Source: a virus
Lineage: Duplodnaviria > Caudoviricetes
Direction: 5' to 3' (one strand)
DNA: 64,000 nucleotides
IMG/VR virus record: IMGVR_UViG_2914436621_000001
Coordinates: 1-64,000 of that record
In this document: positions 48,489 to 57,802 of the stretch, in pieces
Layout of the letters: the number at the start of each line of letters is the position of its first letter
Numbering within the stretch: position 1 is the first letter of the stretch
Position numbers and translations under genes: made by a program
The notes under the pieces: generated by a model
What the model saw: the letters and a program-made list of their open reading frames with translations, nothing else
Told to the model about the DNA's origin: nothing
The model's database searches: none

Positions 48489-48636
48489 GCTTTAATCCAA
48501 ACGCCCTTACGAGCATCTAATCACGCATATAACAGGTGGTTGTTACAAGATTTGATGAAAGGTTATTGTGATCGTTTTGATAGCAGGAAGCTATAATCCA
48601 ATTGAAAGAGCTTTTGCGTTCAGGTGTAAAAACATC

Positions 48637-48849
48637 ATGCCTAGGCTGAAACCGTTGAAACCGCTGAGAGTGCGGCGAACCGTTTACATTCTTGACTCTG
48701 TGGATAAAGCGCTAGGTCACACCTCTATTGAGGTCGGCCAGGACAAGAGCGATCTAGTGACCGAAGCACTGCGCCAATATCTACCTAAAATCTCCAACCT
48801 GCCCGTTGTGCTTGAGCTTCTCGAAAGAGATCGACAAATCGCCTCATAG
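48637..48849 (+). CDS. Ribbon-helix-helix regulator (Cro-like position)
   Basis: RRTVYILDSVDKAL.....GQDKSDLVTEALRQYL. Confidence 0.75.
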   Translation: MPRLKPLKPLRVRRTVYILDSVDKALGHTSIEVGQDKSDLVTEALRQYLPKISNLPVVLELLERDRQIAS

Positions 48850-48852
48850 CAA

Positions 48853-48885
48853 GACCGCCCCAGTTGCAGGACTGGAGCGGTTTTT
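48853..48885 (+). terminator. Intrinsic terminator
   Basis: ACCGCCCCAGT...ACTGGAGCGGT followed by TTTT. Confidence 0.55.
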
Positions 48886-49199
48886 GAATATTTCTGAATA
48901 AGGCGAGAAAGCCGCCAAAAGTTTCTCAGACCGTAACGGCTCTCTCAGACCTCTAGTTATCCCGTGCCCATTAGCGAGATACCACCCAACAGGCAAAACC
49001 TGCCGAAAGAAGTACACCCGGTGATCAACAGCCGCCCCGCCTTGAAAGTGTGACGGCTGTTGTCTGCCCTAACGGACAACAAAATGTTTCACATAACTAC
49101 AAGCATACCAGCCCCAAATCCGGACTGTCAGCCACAAGCGACACTTCTGCCCTTAAACAATTCTCTCTCTAGAGGAAGAATGACTGTCGGAGGTGCGGC

Positions 49200-49532
49200 A
49201 TGAACGCCATCGACCTGCTTGGCACCTGGGGCAAACTCGAACCTGACCAATATAAAGCCTGGGTTGAGCGTTCTCAGGGGATGGACGATCGCGCCGCCCA
49301 AGCCGAACTACTCCAAACCCTGCTGGAGGCGATCGCCTCCAGCGAAAGTGCCAGAGTGCGCCTTGAAAATTCGTCCCAAGGGTGGCACGCCACCCTTGGG
49401 AAACGGCTTCCAGATTCAAACAGCTTCCAGTTTTTAGTATTTGCCAAAGATCCTGATCCTGCCCTGGCACTGCTAACGGCCTGGGTTGAGTTCCTGGAGA
49501 AAGCAGCGATTGCCTCGGAGGTAGCCCAATGA
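49200..49532 (+). CDS. Hypothetical protein
   Basis: GGAGG RBS; ATGA overlap with rep gene. Confidence 0.7.
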   Translation: MNAIDLLGTWGKLEPDQYKAWVERSQGMDDRAAQAELLQTLLEAIASSESARVRLENSSQGWHATLGKRLPDSNSFQFLVFAKDPDPALALLTAWVEFLEKAAIASEVAQ

Positions 49533-52500
49533 CCTCTACCACTCGTTTCACTACTGAACTCGATCGCATTGACCTTCAAGCCATCAAACCGGATCACATC
49601 ACCGTCAAGCACTGGAATGAGTGGTGTGTAGAAAGCGCTGTCGATCCAGACATCACACGGCTCAACATCCGCAGTATCAGCGATTTAGAAGTTGACCCCG
49701 TCACCCGTGAGGTGTCTACACCAATCGCCGATCTGCTCAATTGGCGATATACCCGCTTTGGGCAACGTGCCAAAACAAATTTAGAGGGCTGGCTCTGCCA
49801 GGGAGTTGACCCTCTAAATAACTGCCAGCCGATGGATTGGGTCAGGTTCAAACCCAACCTCCCATTGCTGGACGAAAACGGCAAACCTAAAAGATATCTT
49901 GCCCCCAAAAACGTGTCGAGCCGCGCTACGTTCTTGCGGGTGAGCTGGAAAGCTGGCCTTAAAATCGCGAGGAGCTTAGGACATGAAGAAGTCTACGTCA
50001 AACGGATTTTGCAAGCGCACCAGGGCAGCGAAGCAGAAACGCAGAGCCGAGAAACGCATCCAGCAATTGAAGAGATCGGGAATTTCAGCGACGCTGTGTT
50101 ACATTCCGGAGCTGGACGAGTGGCATCCTCAGTGCTACCTGCGGGATCTGCCCTCCAGCATGAAGACCCAGATTTTTGGGAATGGGTTTTTACAAACGGA
50201 CTCCCAATCACCCTGACTGAAGGCGAAAAGAAGGCTGGCTGTTTGCTTACGCAAGGGGTGGTCGCGATCGCCCTCCCTGGTATCACAATGGGCGCTCGCA
50301 GTAAAGATGAGCATGGCAACCCATGCCTGCCCCGACTGATTCCAGAGTTAGAGCATTTCGCCACCAAAGACCGAGAATGGCTTATCTGCTTCGACTATGA
50401 GACCAAGGCAAAAACCGCATGGGCGGTTCGACGTGAAACAGAAAAGCTGTGCCGCTTAGCCCAACTGGCAGGCTGCACAGCCAAAGTTGTGCCCCTACCC
50501 GGCCCCGAAAAAGGCGTTGATGATTTCATCGTGGCACAGGGCGCAGAGGCGTTTAGATCCTGTTATGAAGCGGCTCTACCGCACGAAGTCTGGCAGATTG
50601 AGCATTACACCAAGCTCAGCCATACTCCCACCCTGGAACTCAATCAACGATACCTGGGGGCAATGTGCCTGCTGAACAACCCCAAACTGCTAGCCATTAA
50701 GTCACCAAAGGGCACTGGCAAGACAGAAAGTTTCGTTGAGTTAGTTTCTGAAGCAGTTCAAACCGGGCAGCGGGTTCTACTGCTCACCCACCGCACTCAA
50801 CTAGGACAGGCCATCTGCGATCGCATTGGAATCGATTTCGTATCGGAAATTCGCGTTTCCGAGACCCGTGGACTGCTCGGCTATGGACTCTGCCTGGACT
50901 CCCTGCATCCAGGCTCTCAGGCGCGGTTTGACGCTGAACACTGGAATGATGCCATCGTCATCATTGACGAATGTGAGCAGGTCTTCTGGCATCTGTTCTC
51001 CGCTGAAACTGAAATCAGCAAACACCGCATTGCCGTCTTACGCCAACTCCGCCAACTGCTCATCAACACACTGGAGAGCGATCGCGGAATGGTCATCCTA
51101 TCCGATGCTGACCTATCCGATCTGAGTATCGAGTTTGTTCAGAAACATACCGAAATCAGGACTGCCCCCTACTTAATCGTCAACCATTGGAGACCCGGAT
51201 CTGAGCAAAGCTGGGAGATCTACCACTACAGCCAGACCGAACCAACCGAATGGTACAACTCCCTGGTTGGTGCGATCGCTCAGGGTGGACACCACTTTGT
51301 CTGCACCCACTCCCAAAGAACGAAGAGCCGCTGGAGTACCTGCACAATGGAGTCTCACCTCCGCAGGCGGTTTCCAGACAAGCGAATCCTCCGGATTGAT
51401 AGCAAGAGCATCGGCGACAAAACACACCCAGCCTACGGTTGCATTAGCCGACTGAATGAAATCGTAGGCAACTACGACATAATTCTCGCCTCTCCCAGTA
51501 TCGAAACCGGGGTCAGCGTTGATATTAAGGGGCACTTCACAGCAGTCTGGGGCTGCTTTCAGGGCTGCACCCCAGAAAATACCGTAAGACAATCCCTGGC
51601 ACGGGTAAGAGAACCCGTTGAGCGGCACATCTGGATCGCCAAACACGGACTTGGCAAAGTGGGCAGTGGTGCCACCTCGCCACAAGCGCTGCTGAAATCT
51701 CAGCAAAAGATGGCGCAAGCCAGTTTAAAGCTGGTAGATCTCGATTTTGACTCAACAACAGGCGAATTCTTCAGCCACCATGCCGCCCTCAACACTTGGG
51801 CAAAAATGGCCGCCCGAATCAACATTGGTATGATTCGCTACCGAGAAGTGGTGCTCTACGGACTTCGGGGGGAGGGACACCAAATCTTTGAATTCGGCTG
51901 GAAGGTCGATCGCTCCGAGCTAAAGGAAGAGATCACAGCTGTTCGAGATGAGGAGTATTTAAAGGAGCGGGAGGCCATCACTACTGCCGATGAGATCACC
52001 CCCAGCCAATACGAAACCCTTAAATCTCAGAAAAATAAAAGAATGGAGGAGTGGCATAAAGAGCGAAAACATAAGCTGCAACAGCGCTACGGGTCAGAAG
52101 TCACACCAGAACTAATCGAGAAGGACGACAAGGGCTGGCACCCCCAGATCCGGCTCCACTACTATCTGGTGTATGGCCGCCAATTCCTCAAAGACCGCGA
52201 TCGGGCTGTTGTGGATGCGGCTGTGCAAAGCCATGAAATCTGGCTACCGTCCCTAAATCACGCTCAACTTGGCGTTCAAATTGGGGCATTGGAGTTTTTG
52301 GGGATTCCACAACTACTAGACCCAAATCGGGAATTCCGCTGCACCGATGCTGACTTAATCGAATTTGCCAAAAAAGCGAAGGCACACGCCTACGACCTGA
52401 AAACCGTTCTCAATGTCACGATTTCTCAAAAAGATACGCCGATTGCGATCGTGCAAACACTGTTGGGCAAGATTGGGCAGCGGCTTACCTATGACCGGAG

Positions 52501-52651
52501 GGAGGGGTCAAGGGGCAATCGCGTCCGGGTCTATCTGTATCGTCCAGCCAGAGACGGCAGGGACGAGGTTTACTTGCGCTGGATAGAGCGTGACCAGATT
52601 AAAAGTCAATCAGCGGTGTCCAGCCCCGGTATAGATCAAATAACAGCGTAG
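49529..52651 (+). CDS. CyRepA1-family replication protein (DUF3854 TOPRIM-like primase plus helicase)
   Basis: TEGEKKAG, ICFD, KGVDDFI TOPRIM motifs; KSPKGTGKT Walker A; IIDECEQ Walker B; SPSIETGVS; QSLARVR. Confidence 0.9.
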   Translation: MTSTTRFTTELDRIDLQAIKPDHITVKHWNEWCVESAVDPDITRLNIRSISDLEVDPVTREVSTPIADLLNWRYTRFGQRAKTNLEGWLCQGVDPLNNCQPMDWVRFKPNLPLLDENGKPKRYLAPKNVSSRATFLRVSWKAGLKIARSLGHEEVYVKRILQAHQGSEAETQSRETHPAIEEIGNFSDAVLHSGAGRVASSVLPAGSALQHEDPDFWEWVFTNGLPITLTEGEKKAGCLLTQGVVAIALPGITMGARSKDEHGNPCLPRLIPELEHFATKDREWLICFDYETKAKTAWAVRRETEKLCRLAQLAGCTAKVVPLPGPEKGVDDFIVAQGAEAFRSCYEAALPHEVWQIEHYTKLSHTPTLELNQRYLGAMCLLNNPKLLAIKSPKGTGKTESFVELVSEAVQTGQRVLLLTHRTQLGQAICDRIGIDFVSEIRVSETRGLLGYGLCLDSLHPGSQARFDAEHWNDAIVIIDECEQVFWHLFSAETEISKHRIAVLRQLRQLLINTLESDRGMVILSDADLSDLSIEFVQKHTEIRTAPYLIVNHWRPGSEQSWEIYHYSQTEPTEWYNSLVGAIAQGGHHFVCTHSQRTKSRWSTCTMESHLRRRFPDKRILRIDSKSIGDKTHPAYGCISRLNEIVGNYDIILASPSIETGVSVDIKGHFTAVWGCFQGCTPENTVRQSLARVREPVERHIWIAKHGLGKVGSGATSPQALLKSQQKMAQASLKLVDLDFDSTTGEFFSHHAALNTWAKMAARINIGMIRYREVVLYGLRGEGHQIFEFGWKVDRSELKEEITAVRDEEYLKEREAITTADEITPSQYETLKSQKNKRMEEWHKERKHKLQQRYGSEVTPELIEKDDKGWHPQIRLHYYLVYGRQFLKDRDRAVVDAAVQSHEIWLPSLNHAQLGVQIGALEFLGIPQLLDPNREFRCTDADLIEFAKKAKAHAYDLKTVLNVTISQKDTPIAIVQTLLGKIGQRLTYDRREGSRGNRVRVYLYRPARDGRDEVYLRWIERDQIKSQSAVSSPGIDQITA

Positions 52652-52664
52652 GTGGACACAGAAC

Positions 52665-53054
52665 ATGAACACCACCCTACCGCCCTGGCTTCAATCCAAC
52701 TGCCCCGCATACCACAGGCCGACTGGCACTCTGTTCATCGCCAGCAGGCTAGTCCGCTGCCCCACCACGGGCGAATACCTCCTGATGGATGCCCCCAGAG
52801 GGTGCAAAGGCAACAGCTATCGCCTCAGCGAGTGTTGCGAACCCACCATCAAGCATCTATACGCTGGCTTGATGGTGGTCAACGGCAAGGCGCTGAGCGT
52901 GAGCGTCGATCGCAACCTCATCACCATTGCCGACGGGCAGCGCCGCATCGGTGTGCGAATTCCTGAGCAATCTCCTGAAACTGAGGATTTGAAGGCGATC
53001 GCCCAAAACTTCGCCCAATTCTTCAATGGCAAAATTATTGAGGAGGTGACCTGA
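52665..53054 (+). CDS. Hypothetical protein
   Basis: 129-aa ORF coupled to downstream gene. Confidence 0.6.
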   Translation: MNTTLPPWLQSNCPAYHRPTGTLFIASRLVRCPTTGEYLLMDAPRGCKGNSYRLSECCEPTIKHLYAGLMVVNGKALSVSVDRNLITIADGQRRIGVRIPEQSPETEDLKAIAQNFAQFFNGKIIEEVT

Positions 53055-53536
53055 TGCCGATGGATCGTCGTCGCTATCCCAAGGCATGGGAGTCGATCGC
53101 CCTCCAGATCAAAACTGCCGCCAACTGGACATGCGAAGCCTGTAACCGTCCATGTCGGCGACCTGGCGAGTTGGATGCCGAACTGGTTGAACGCATCGAA
53201 ACAGACCATTCCGCATGGGCGAAAGACCTATACGAATGGCAAGAAACTGAGGAATTTGGGGCGATCGAAATCCCAAAGCTCACCCGATTCACGCTGACGA
53301 CTGCCCATCCAAACCACGACCCGGAGAACCCAGACGCTGAGCTGAAAGCGTGGTGCTCTCCATGCCATTGTCGCTACGACCTCAAAGCAATGGGGACTAA
53401 GAAACGGCTGAAGTTGGAGCGTAGCGGCCAACTCACGATTGATTTGATAGGCATCACTGACCCAATACCAGCAGGGCAGGGCAAAGATCCGACACGAATT
53501 CAATTACCCCTTCGCGAAGAATTAGGAGGCTTATGA
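53054..53536 (+). CDS. HNH-like endonuclease
   Basis: CEAC...LTTAHPNHDPEN....L.AWCSPCH. Confidence 0.8.
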   Translation: MPMDRRRYPKAWESIALQIKTAANWTCEACNRPCRRPGELDAELVERIETDHSAWAKDLYEWQETEEFGAIEIPKLTRFTLTTAHPNHDPENPDAELKAWCSPCHCRYDLKAMGTKKRLKLERSGQLTIDLIGITDPIPAGQGKDPTRIQLPLREELGGL

Positions 53537-53570
53537 AAGCACACAATCAACTTGTCGGGAGGGCTTCGTA

Positions 53571-55583
53571 ATGGTCGCTTCCGCTGAAAAGGATATTCGT
53601 AAAAAGTTTTCCGTTGGCGCGACGTTGCTCGACAGGAACGGGAGAGTGGGGAAGGTGACAAAACACATCAGTAGCGCCCTGCTCGAAATTAGCTGGCAGG
53701 GTGAGGCTCCCACCAAGCATCATCGGGATTCGATCACATCTCTAGATGTCCGTGAAATCGAACAACTCAGCGCGGATGAACAGGGTGAGGCTCCCGAAGT
53801 GGCTCCTATTCAAAAATTCCGAAGAGACGATCGCGTCTTCCCGTCCAAACCCGTCGAGGTCAGCGCCGTTGCCGTTTACCAGGGCGAAGCTTACTACAGC
53901 GAAGGCAAGCAAGGCGCATGGCGCACCGCTACTCCAGACGACATCAAAAACCTAAAAAAGGGCGATCGCGTCTCAATAGCCAACCAAAACTGGGTCTACA
54001 CCTATGTGCGATGGGATTCAGTTGAGGCTGAAGCTGTAGTGAAATTTGTGGGCTACAACTTTCGCACCCGGATTCCGGTGGCAAAACTTCAGGTGGAGGG
54101 GTTGAAAACGCCTGAACCAGAGACTTTTCATGACAACGATGTCGCTGAGGGCGAGGTGATCGCCCTTGCTGAACCTAGCAAAGTTCCGGAAGAGGAGCCG
54201 CCTGGGGATATTAACGCTGCTTTGCTGGCAGCACTAAAAAGCGATAAGTGGAAGGAATTTCAGGATCAAGGAGCTAGCGATGAGCAATTGAAGTGGGCGA
54301 TCGCTGACCATTTTGGGATTGAAGTAGGCAGCTCTAGCCCACACTGGTGGCGCGCCAAAGGCGGTAAAAATCCCAGGTTTTGGAACCGATCATCGTCCCA
54401 GGGTAAGCCTGATTTGCAAGGCAAAGCGCTGGTGGCGCGAGTGAGGGAGTTGCTAGGGATTCCTAAATTAAGCGATCGCCCTGCCACAGTTGAAGACCCT
54501 GTATCCTCTCTAGAGCCAATTCATCAACAGATTGCGCGACTAGCAACTGTTCCCTCTAACTGTCACGGCGACGAACTTGCGCTACGTCAAGGCTGGAAGC
54601 TTGATTTGCAAGGTAAAGCGCCAGTGGGAGCGATCGCTACCGATAATAAGCCCCTAACTATTATTGAAAGCCCTACTGAATCGATAACAAGGCTTGATGC
54701 CCTCGCCACCGAAATCAACGCCCTCTACGGACAGTTAGAGGAAGCGGAGGAAGTCGCCAGCAGCGCCGCCCGTAGCGCTCTCACCTTTGCCCGTGAGATG
54801 GGGCAAAAGCTGCTAGAGGCTAAGAAACAATGTGGGCACGGCAACTGGGAGGAATGGCGCAAACAACTCGTTTCATCCCGCTCTGGCAAGCCGCTCCCCA
54901 GCTCCACGGCCAGCCTCTACCAGCGCATCGCCAAACGTTGGGAGGAGGTTGAGCAGGCCGAAACCCTTAGAGATGCGGCTGCACTGCTGAAGAGCGATCG
55001 CCAACTCTCATCATCTGTAAATAAATCCACTTCCAAATCCGCAACGGAAGTGTCGATGGTTGCGGATTTGAAGAAAGAGGTGGTGCCAGCCGAGCAAATC
55101 GTCAGCGTCACTCACTCCGGCTGGATACAAACCAAAGAAGGGCGATCGCTAAACCCTGAACACTACGAACCGGAACAACCGCTGGTCTGCAAACCCTCTA
55201 TCACACCGGAGGAGTTTAACCGAGAGATGACAGCAGACAACTGTTTTAGCGGTTGCCATAGCTGTAGGCACCGGATGCTGGCAGGCAGCGGCGATCGCTA
55301 CCGCTGCGAGATGGATGAGTTTGGTGAGGGAATCAAAACTCTCTCGCTCAAAGAAAACTGGTTTGAGCTAAACGAAGGGTGCAAAAACTACAGCGGAGGT
55401 GGCACTCAGCCCACTATGGCGATCGCCACCACTAATAGTTGCGCTGGGATGCCAGCCATTCAAAAAGCGGTTTGGGAATGGCTAAACCTCAACGGAATTG
55501 AGGCCGATGAGGTTGCTGCCAGCAACGCGGCTGATGCGATTTATGAATACCTACACGGCCAATTTCTGGAGGTTGAAGACTGA
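53571..55583 (+). CDS. Multidomain protein with DUF3102-like domain
   Basis: AREMGQKLLEAKKQCGHGNWEEW; N-terminal KOW-like repeats; C-terminal CxxC cluster. Confidence 0.75.
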   Translation: MVASAEKDIRKKFSVGATLLDRNGRVGKVTKHISSALLEISWQGEAPTKHHRDSITSLDVREIEQLSADEQGEAPEVAPIQKFRRDDRVFPSKPVEVSAVAVYQGEAYYSEGKQGAWRTATPDDIKNLKKGDRVSIANQNWVYTYVRWDSVEAEAVVKFVGYNFRTRIPVAKLQVEGLKTPEPETFHDNDVAEGEVIALAEPSKVPEEEPPGDINAALLAALKSDKWKEFQDQGASDEQLKWAIADHFGIEVGSSSPHWWRAKGGKNPRFWNRSSSQGKPDLQGKALVARVRELLGIPKLSDRPATVEDPVSSLEPIHQQIARLATVPSNCHGDELALRQGWKLDLQGKAPVGAIATDNKPLTIIESPTESITRLDALATEINALYGQLEEAEEVASSAARSALTFAREMGQKLLEAKKQCGHGNWEEWRKQLVSSRSGKPLPSSTASLYQRIAKRWEEVEQAETLRDAAALLKSDRQLSSSVNKSTSKSATEVSMVADLKKEVVPAEQIVSVTHSGWIQTKEGRSLNPEHYEPEQPLVCKPSITPEEFNREMTADNCFSGCHSCRHRMLAGSGDRYRCEMDEFGEGIKTLSLKENWFELNEGCKNYSGGGTQPTMAIATTNSCAGMPAIQKAVWEWLNLNGIEADEVAASNAADAIYEYLHGQFLEVED

Positions 55584-55584
55584 T

Positions 55585-55809
55585 ATGCATAAACTCAGAA
55601 TTTTTCTATGGGCCGCACTTCATCATGAGCAGTTCCGATACTGCTATCTGATTCTGCCGATCACCATTCGGTTCTATCAGGCACAGCCACACACATGGAG
55701 GTTAGAACTCAGGCTGCAAACTTTCTCAACCTACGTTCCTTGGACTGTCCAGAGCGCCTATCTCGGAGCCAAAGGATACAAGCCTGACCTTGAAGACATC
55801 CCGTTCTAG
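55585..55809 (+). CDS. Hypothetical protein
   Basis: MHKLRIF...DIPF*, starts 1 nt after upstream stop. Confidence 0.5.
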   Translation: MHKLRIFLWAALHHEQFRYCYLILPITIRFYQAQPHTWRLELRLQTFSTYVPWTVQSAYLGAKGYKPDLEDIPF

Positions 55810-55817
55810 CCGCAGCC

Positions 55818-56162
55818 ATGCCGAACTCCAGATATGACCCCTCAGACTCCCGATACTGGGAGGAACCTGAAAGCAACGAAGACCTAGATCCAGGCTACTA
55901 CTACGCTGAAGACCACTACGACGAGGACGACGATTCAATGAACACGTTAATTGAAAAACAAGCAGAAATTATCCAAACCCTTCAAGCAAAAGCGCTTGAA
56001 GATCCTTCGCCACAGACAATCGCATCATTGACCGCTGCAACATTGGCATTGAAAAACTTGCTAGAGATTAAGCAGGTAGTGGATCGCGATGGTTTGCCTA
56101 CCGTTGAGGAATTGGTGGGGATTTTGGCCGATAGAAATAAGAAGGGCGATCGCAATGACTAA
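55818..56162 (+). CDS. Hypothetical protein with acidic N-terminus
   Basis: 114-aa ORF. Confidence 0.55.
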   Translation: MPNSRYDPSDSRYWEEPESNEDLDPGYYYAEDHYDEDDDSMNTLIEKQAEIIQTLQAKALEDPSPQTIASLTAATLALKNLLEIKQVVDRDGLPTVEELVGILADRNKKGDRND

Positions 56163-56373
56163 GCAAGGAGCAGCTTATGAATTCGGAGAAATTGTAAAAA
56201 CGCCACACAACGAACTAGGGGAGGTTATTGGCATTTGGAAGGACGGTGCGCGGTGGCGTTACAGACTTAAATACCTTCACCATTGGACGGATTCGTGGTG
56301 GAAGGAAGACCAGCTTACCCGCGCCACTATTAATCAGGAACAACAGAGGATAGAGGAGGGCGATCGCCAGTGA
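56155..56373 (+). CDS. Small KOW/SH3-like protein
   Basis: YEFGEIV....GEVIG...WRYRL...WWKEDQL. Confidence 0.6.
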   Translation: MTKQGAAYEFGEIVKTPHNELGEVIGIWKDGARWRYRLKYLHHWTDSWWKEDQLTRATINQEQQRIEEGDRQ

Positions 56374-56711
56374 CCAAACCCAACATCGGAGAATTAAATC
56401 AACGGCTAGCCCTGCTGGAAGCTCAACAAGAATGGATCACTGCCATTCTTCAGGCGTATGGCATACAGGGAGTATGGCTCTCACCAGGTAAGGCAGCCAG
56501 CATCCTCGGAGTCACCCGCGATCGCATCATGGGCGAGATCCGCCGCGCCGAGCGGTTGAGAGCCGTCCGCAAAAGAGGGGATTGTCTATATGATGTCCAT
56601 TACCGTGACGATCGAGATCCAGAAGAAGGCGTGGAGCCTGTCTGGAAAGCAAACATCATCGAATTTCGCAAACTCCTGGCAATCCCACCCGATGAACGAA
56701 AACTGCCCTAA
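56370..56711 (+). CDS. Excisionase-like HTH protein
   Basis: WLSPGKAASILGVTRDRI; convergent with integrase, stop codons overlapping. Confidence 0.6.
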   Translation: MTKPNIGELNQRLALLEAQQEWITAILQAYGIQGVWLSPGKAASILGVTRDRIMGEIRRAERLRAVRKRGDCLYDVHYRDDRDPEEGVEPVWKANIIEFRKLLAIPPDERKLP

Positions 56712-57802
56712 GAACGCCGCCTCATTACCTCCTGATACACCTTCAGATAGGGTTGTTCTCCCCACCACGCCCGATATTTAGTCAGATGAGTGTCAAGGCT
56801 GTGCCCCATTGACTTAGCGAGAAAGTCTGGCGGGAAACCAAACTCAAACCCGCGCCGAGCATAACAATGGCGCAAATCATAGGGAGTGAATCCAACCTCA
56901 AGTTGGCGAAATCTTTGAGAAAGAGACATCCCTAATTGATTGTTATTTCGCCCCTCGATCTTTATGGATGGAATCTGATAATTTTGAACATCAAATTCCC
57001 AAAAGTCGGCGGGAATTGGGAAGGCGGTATGTTGTCCAGTTTTGGTTTCTTCTGGAACTTCCAACACCGCTGGCTCCTGGCCTAGTCGGTCGGTATGCAC
57101 CACAAACGCTTCATGAGGGCGCAAACCATAAACGCACAAAGCATCGTAAAGCCACACCCAGCCGTAAGATTGAAATTTTTTTCTAGCCGCAGCGATGAGG
57201 CGATCGCTAGGCAGATCTCGTGGATTAACCGATCTAGACGCAGAATATCCCTTACCCATCTCCTTCAGGTCATCCGCCCCTACCAGCTCAGCAAACTCTG
57301 CCAGCAGTCGAAACGCCATTGCATATCCCTGCCTGCTTCGAGTTCCTGGATCGCTGCGCTCCAAAATAATTCGCTTCAACAGCTCCAGGCTCAACGGCTC
57401 ATCTAGCGGTAGGTGACGAAACTTCAGTTCATAATCCTTGTGCCACGAATTGAGCGTGGAAGGAGTTTGTTTGGTATTGTTCCAATGATGATCTGTAAAC
57501 TTCTCAACCCACTCCCCTACTGTCTCGGAGGGTTTTTGCTTGCCCTTGAGATAGGGCGTCCAGTCAAATTTCTCCTTAATTAGTTGACTTTCCATCTCCT
57601 GAGCAATGGCGAACGCCATCCGCAACCCAGCAAACGTAGCTGGCTTACCCGCACTAATCTCGTAAGATTTAGCATGACTACCGTCCCCTGGCTTTGGCGG
57701 AAATGTGCCACGAATCGATAGCCGTTTACCTCTAATGCGAATGCTGACCAACGACAAGAGTTGGTTGGTTTCGGCCAGACGCTCATCAAATCCAGTTCCC
57801 AT
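56708..57802 (-). CDS. int: Phage integrase (tyrosine recombinase)
   Basis: YGLRPHE, KTG, YDLRH and MGHS....Y motifs; adjacent to tRNA-fragment att site. Confidence 0.92.
   Translation of the reverse strand: MGTGFDERLAETNQLLSLVSIRIRGKRLSIRGTFPPKPGDGSHAKSYEISAGKPATFAGLRMAFAIAQEMESQLIKEKFDWTPYLKGKQKPSETVGEWVEKFTDHHWNNTKQTPSTLNSWHKDYELKFRHLPLDEPLSLELLKRIILERSDPGTRSRQGYAMAFRLLAEFAELVGADDLKEMGKGYSASRSVNPRDLPSDRLIAAARKKFQSYGWVWLYDALCVYGLRPHEAFVVHTDRLGQEPAVLEVPEETKTGQHTAFPIPADFWEFDVQNYQIPSIKIEGRNNNQLGMSLSQRFRQLEVGFTPYDLRHCYARRGFEFGFPPDFLAKSMGHSLDTHLTKYRAWWGEQPYLKVYQEVMRRRS

Noticed and set aside
48990-49030. c-di-GMP-I riboswitch (GGCAAAACC..GAAA)
   Set aside because: The downstream GACGCAAAGC element and the paired stems are absent
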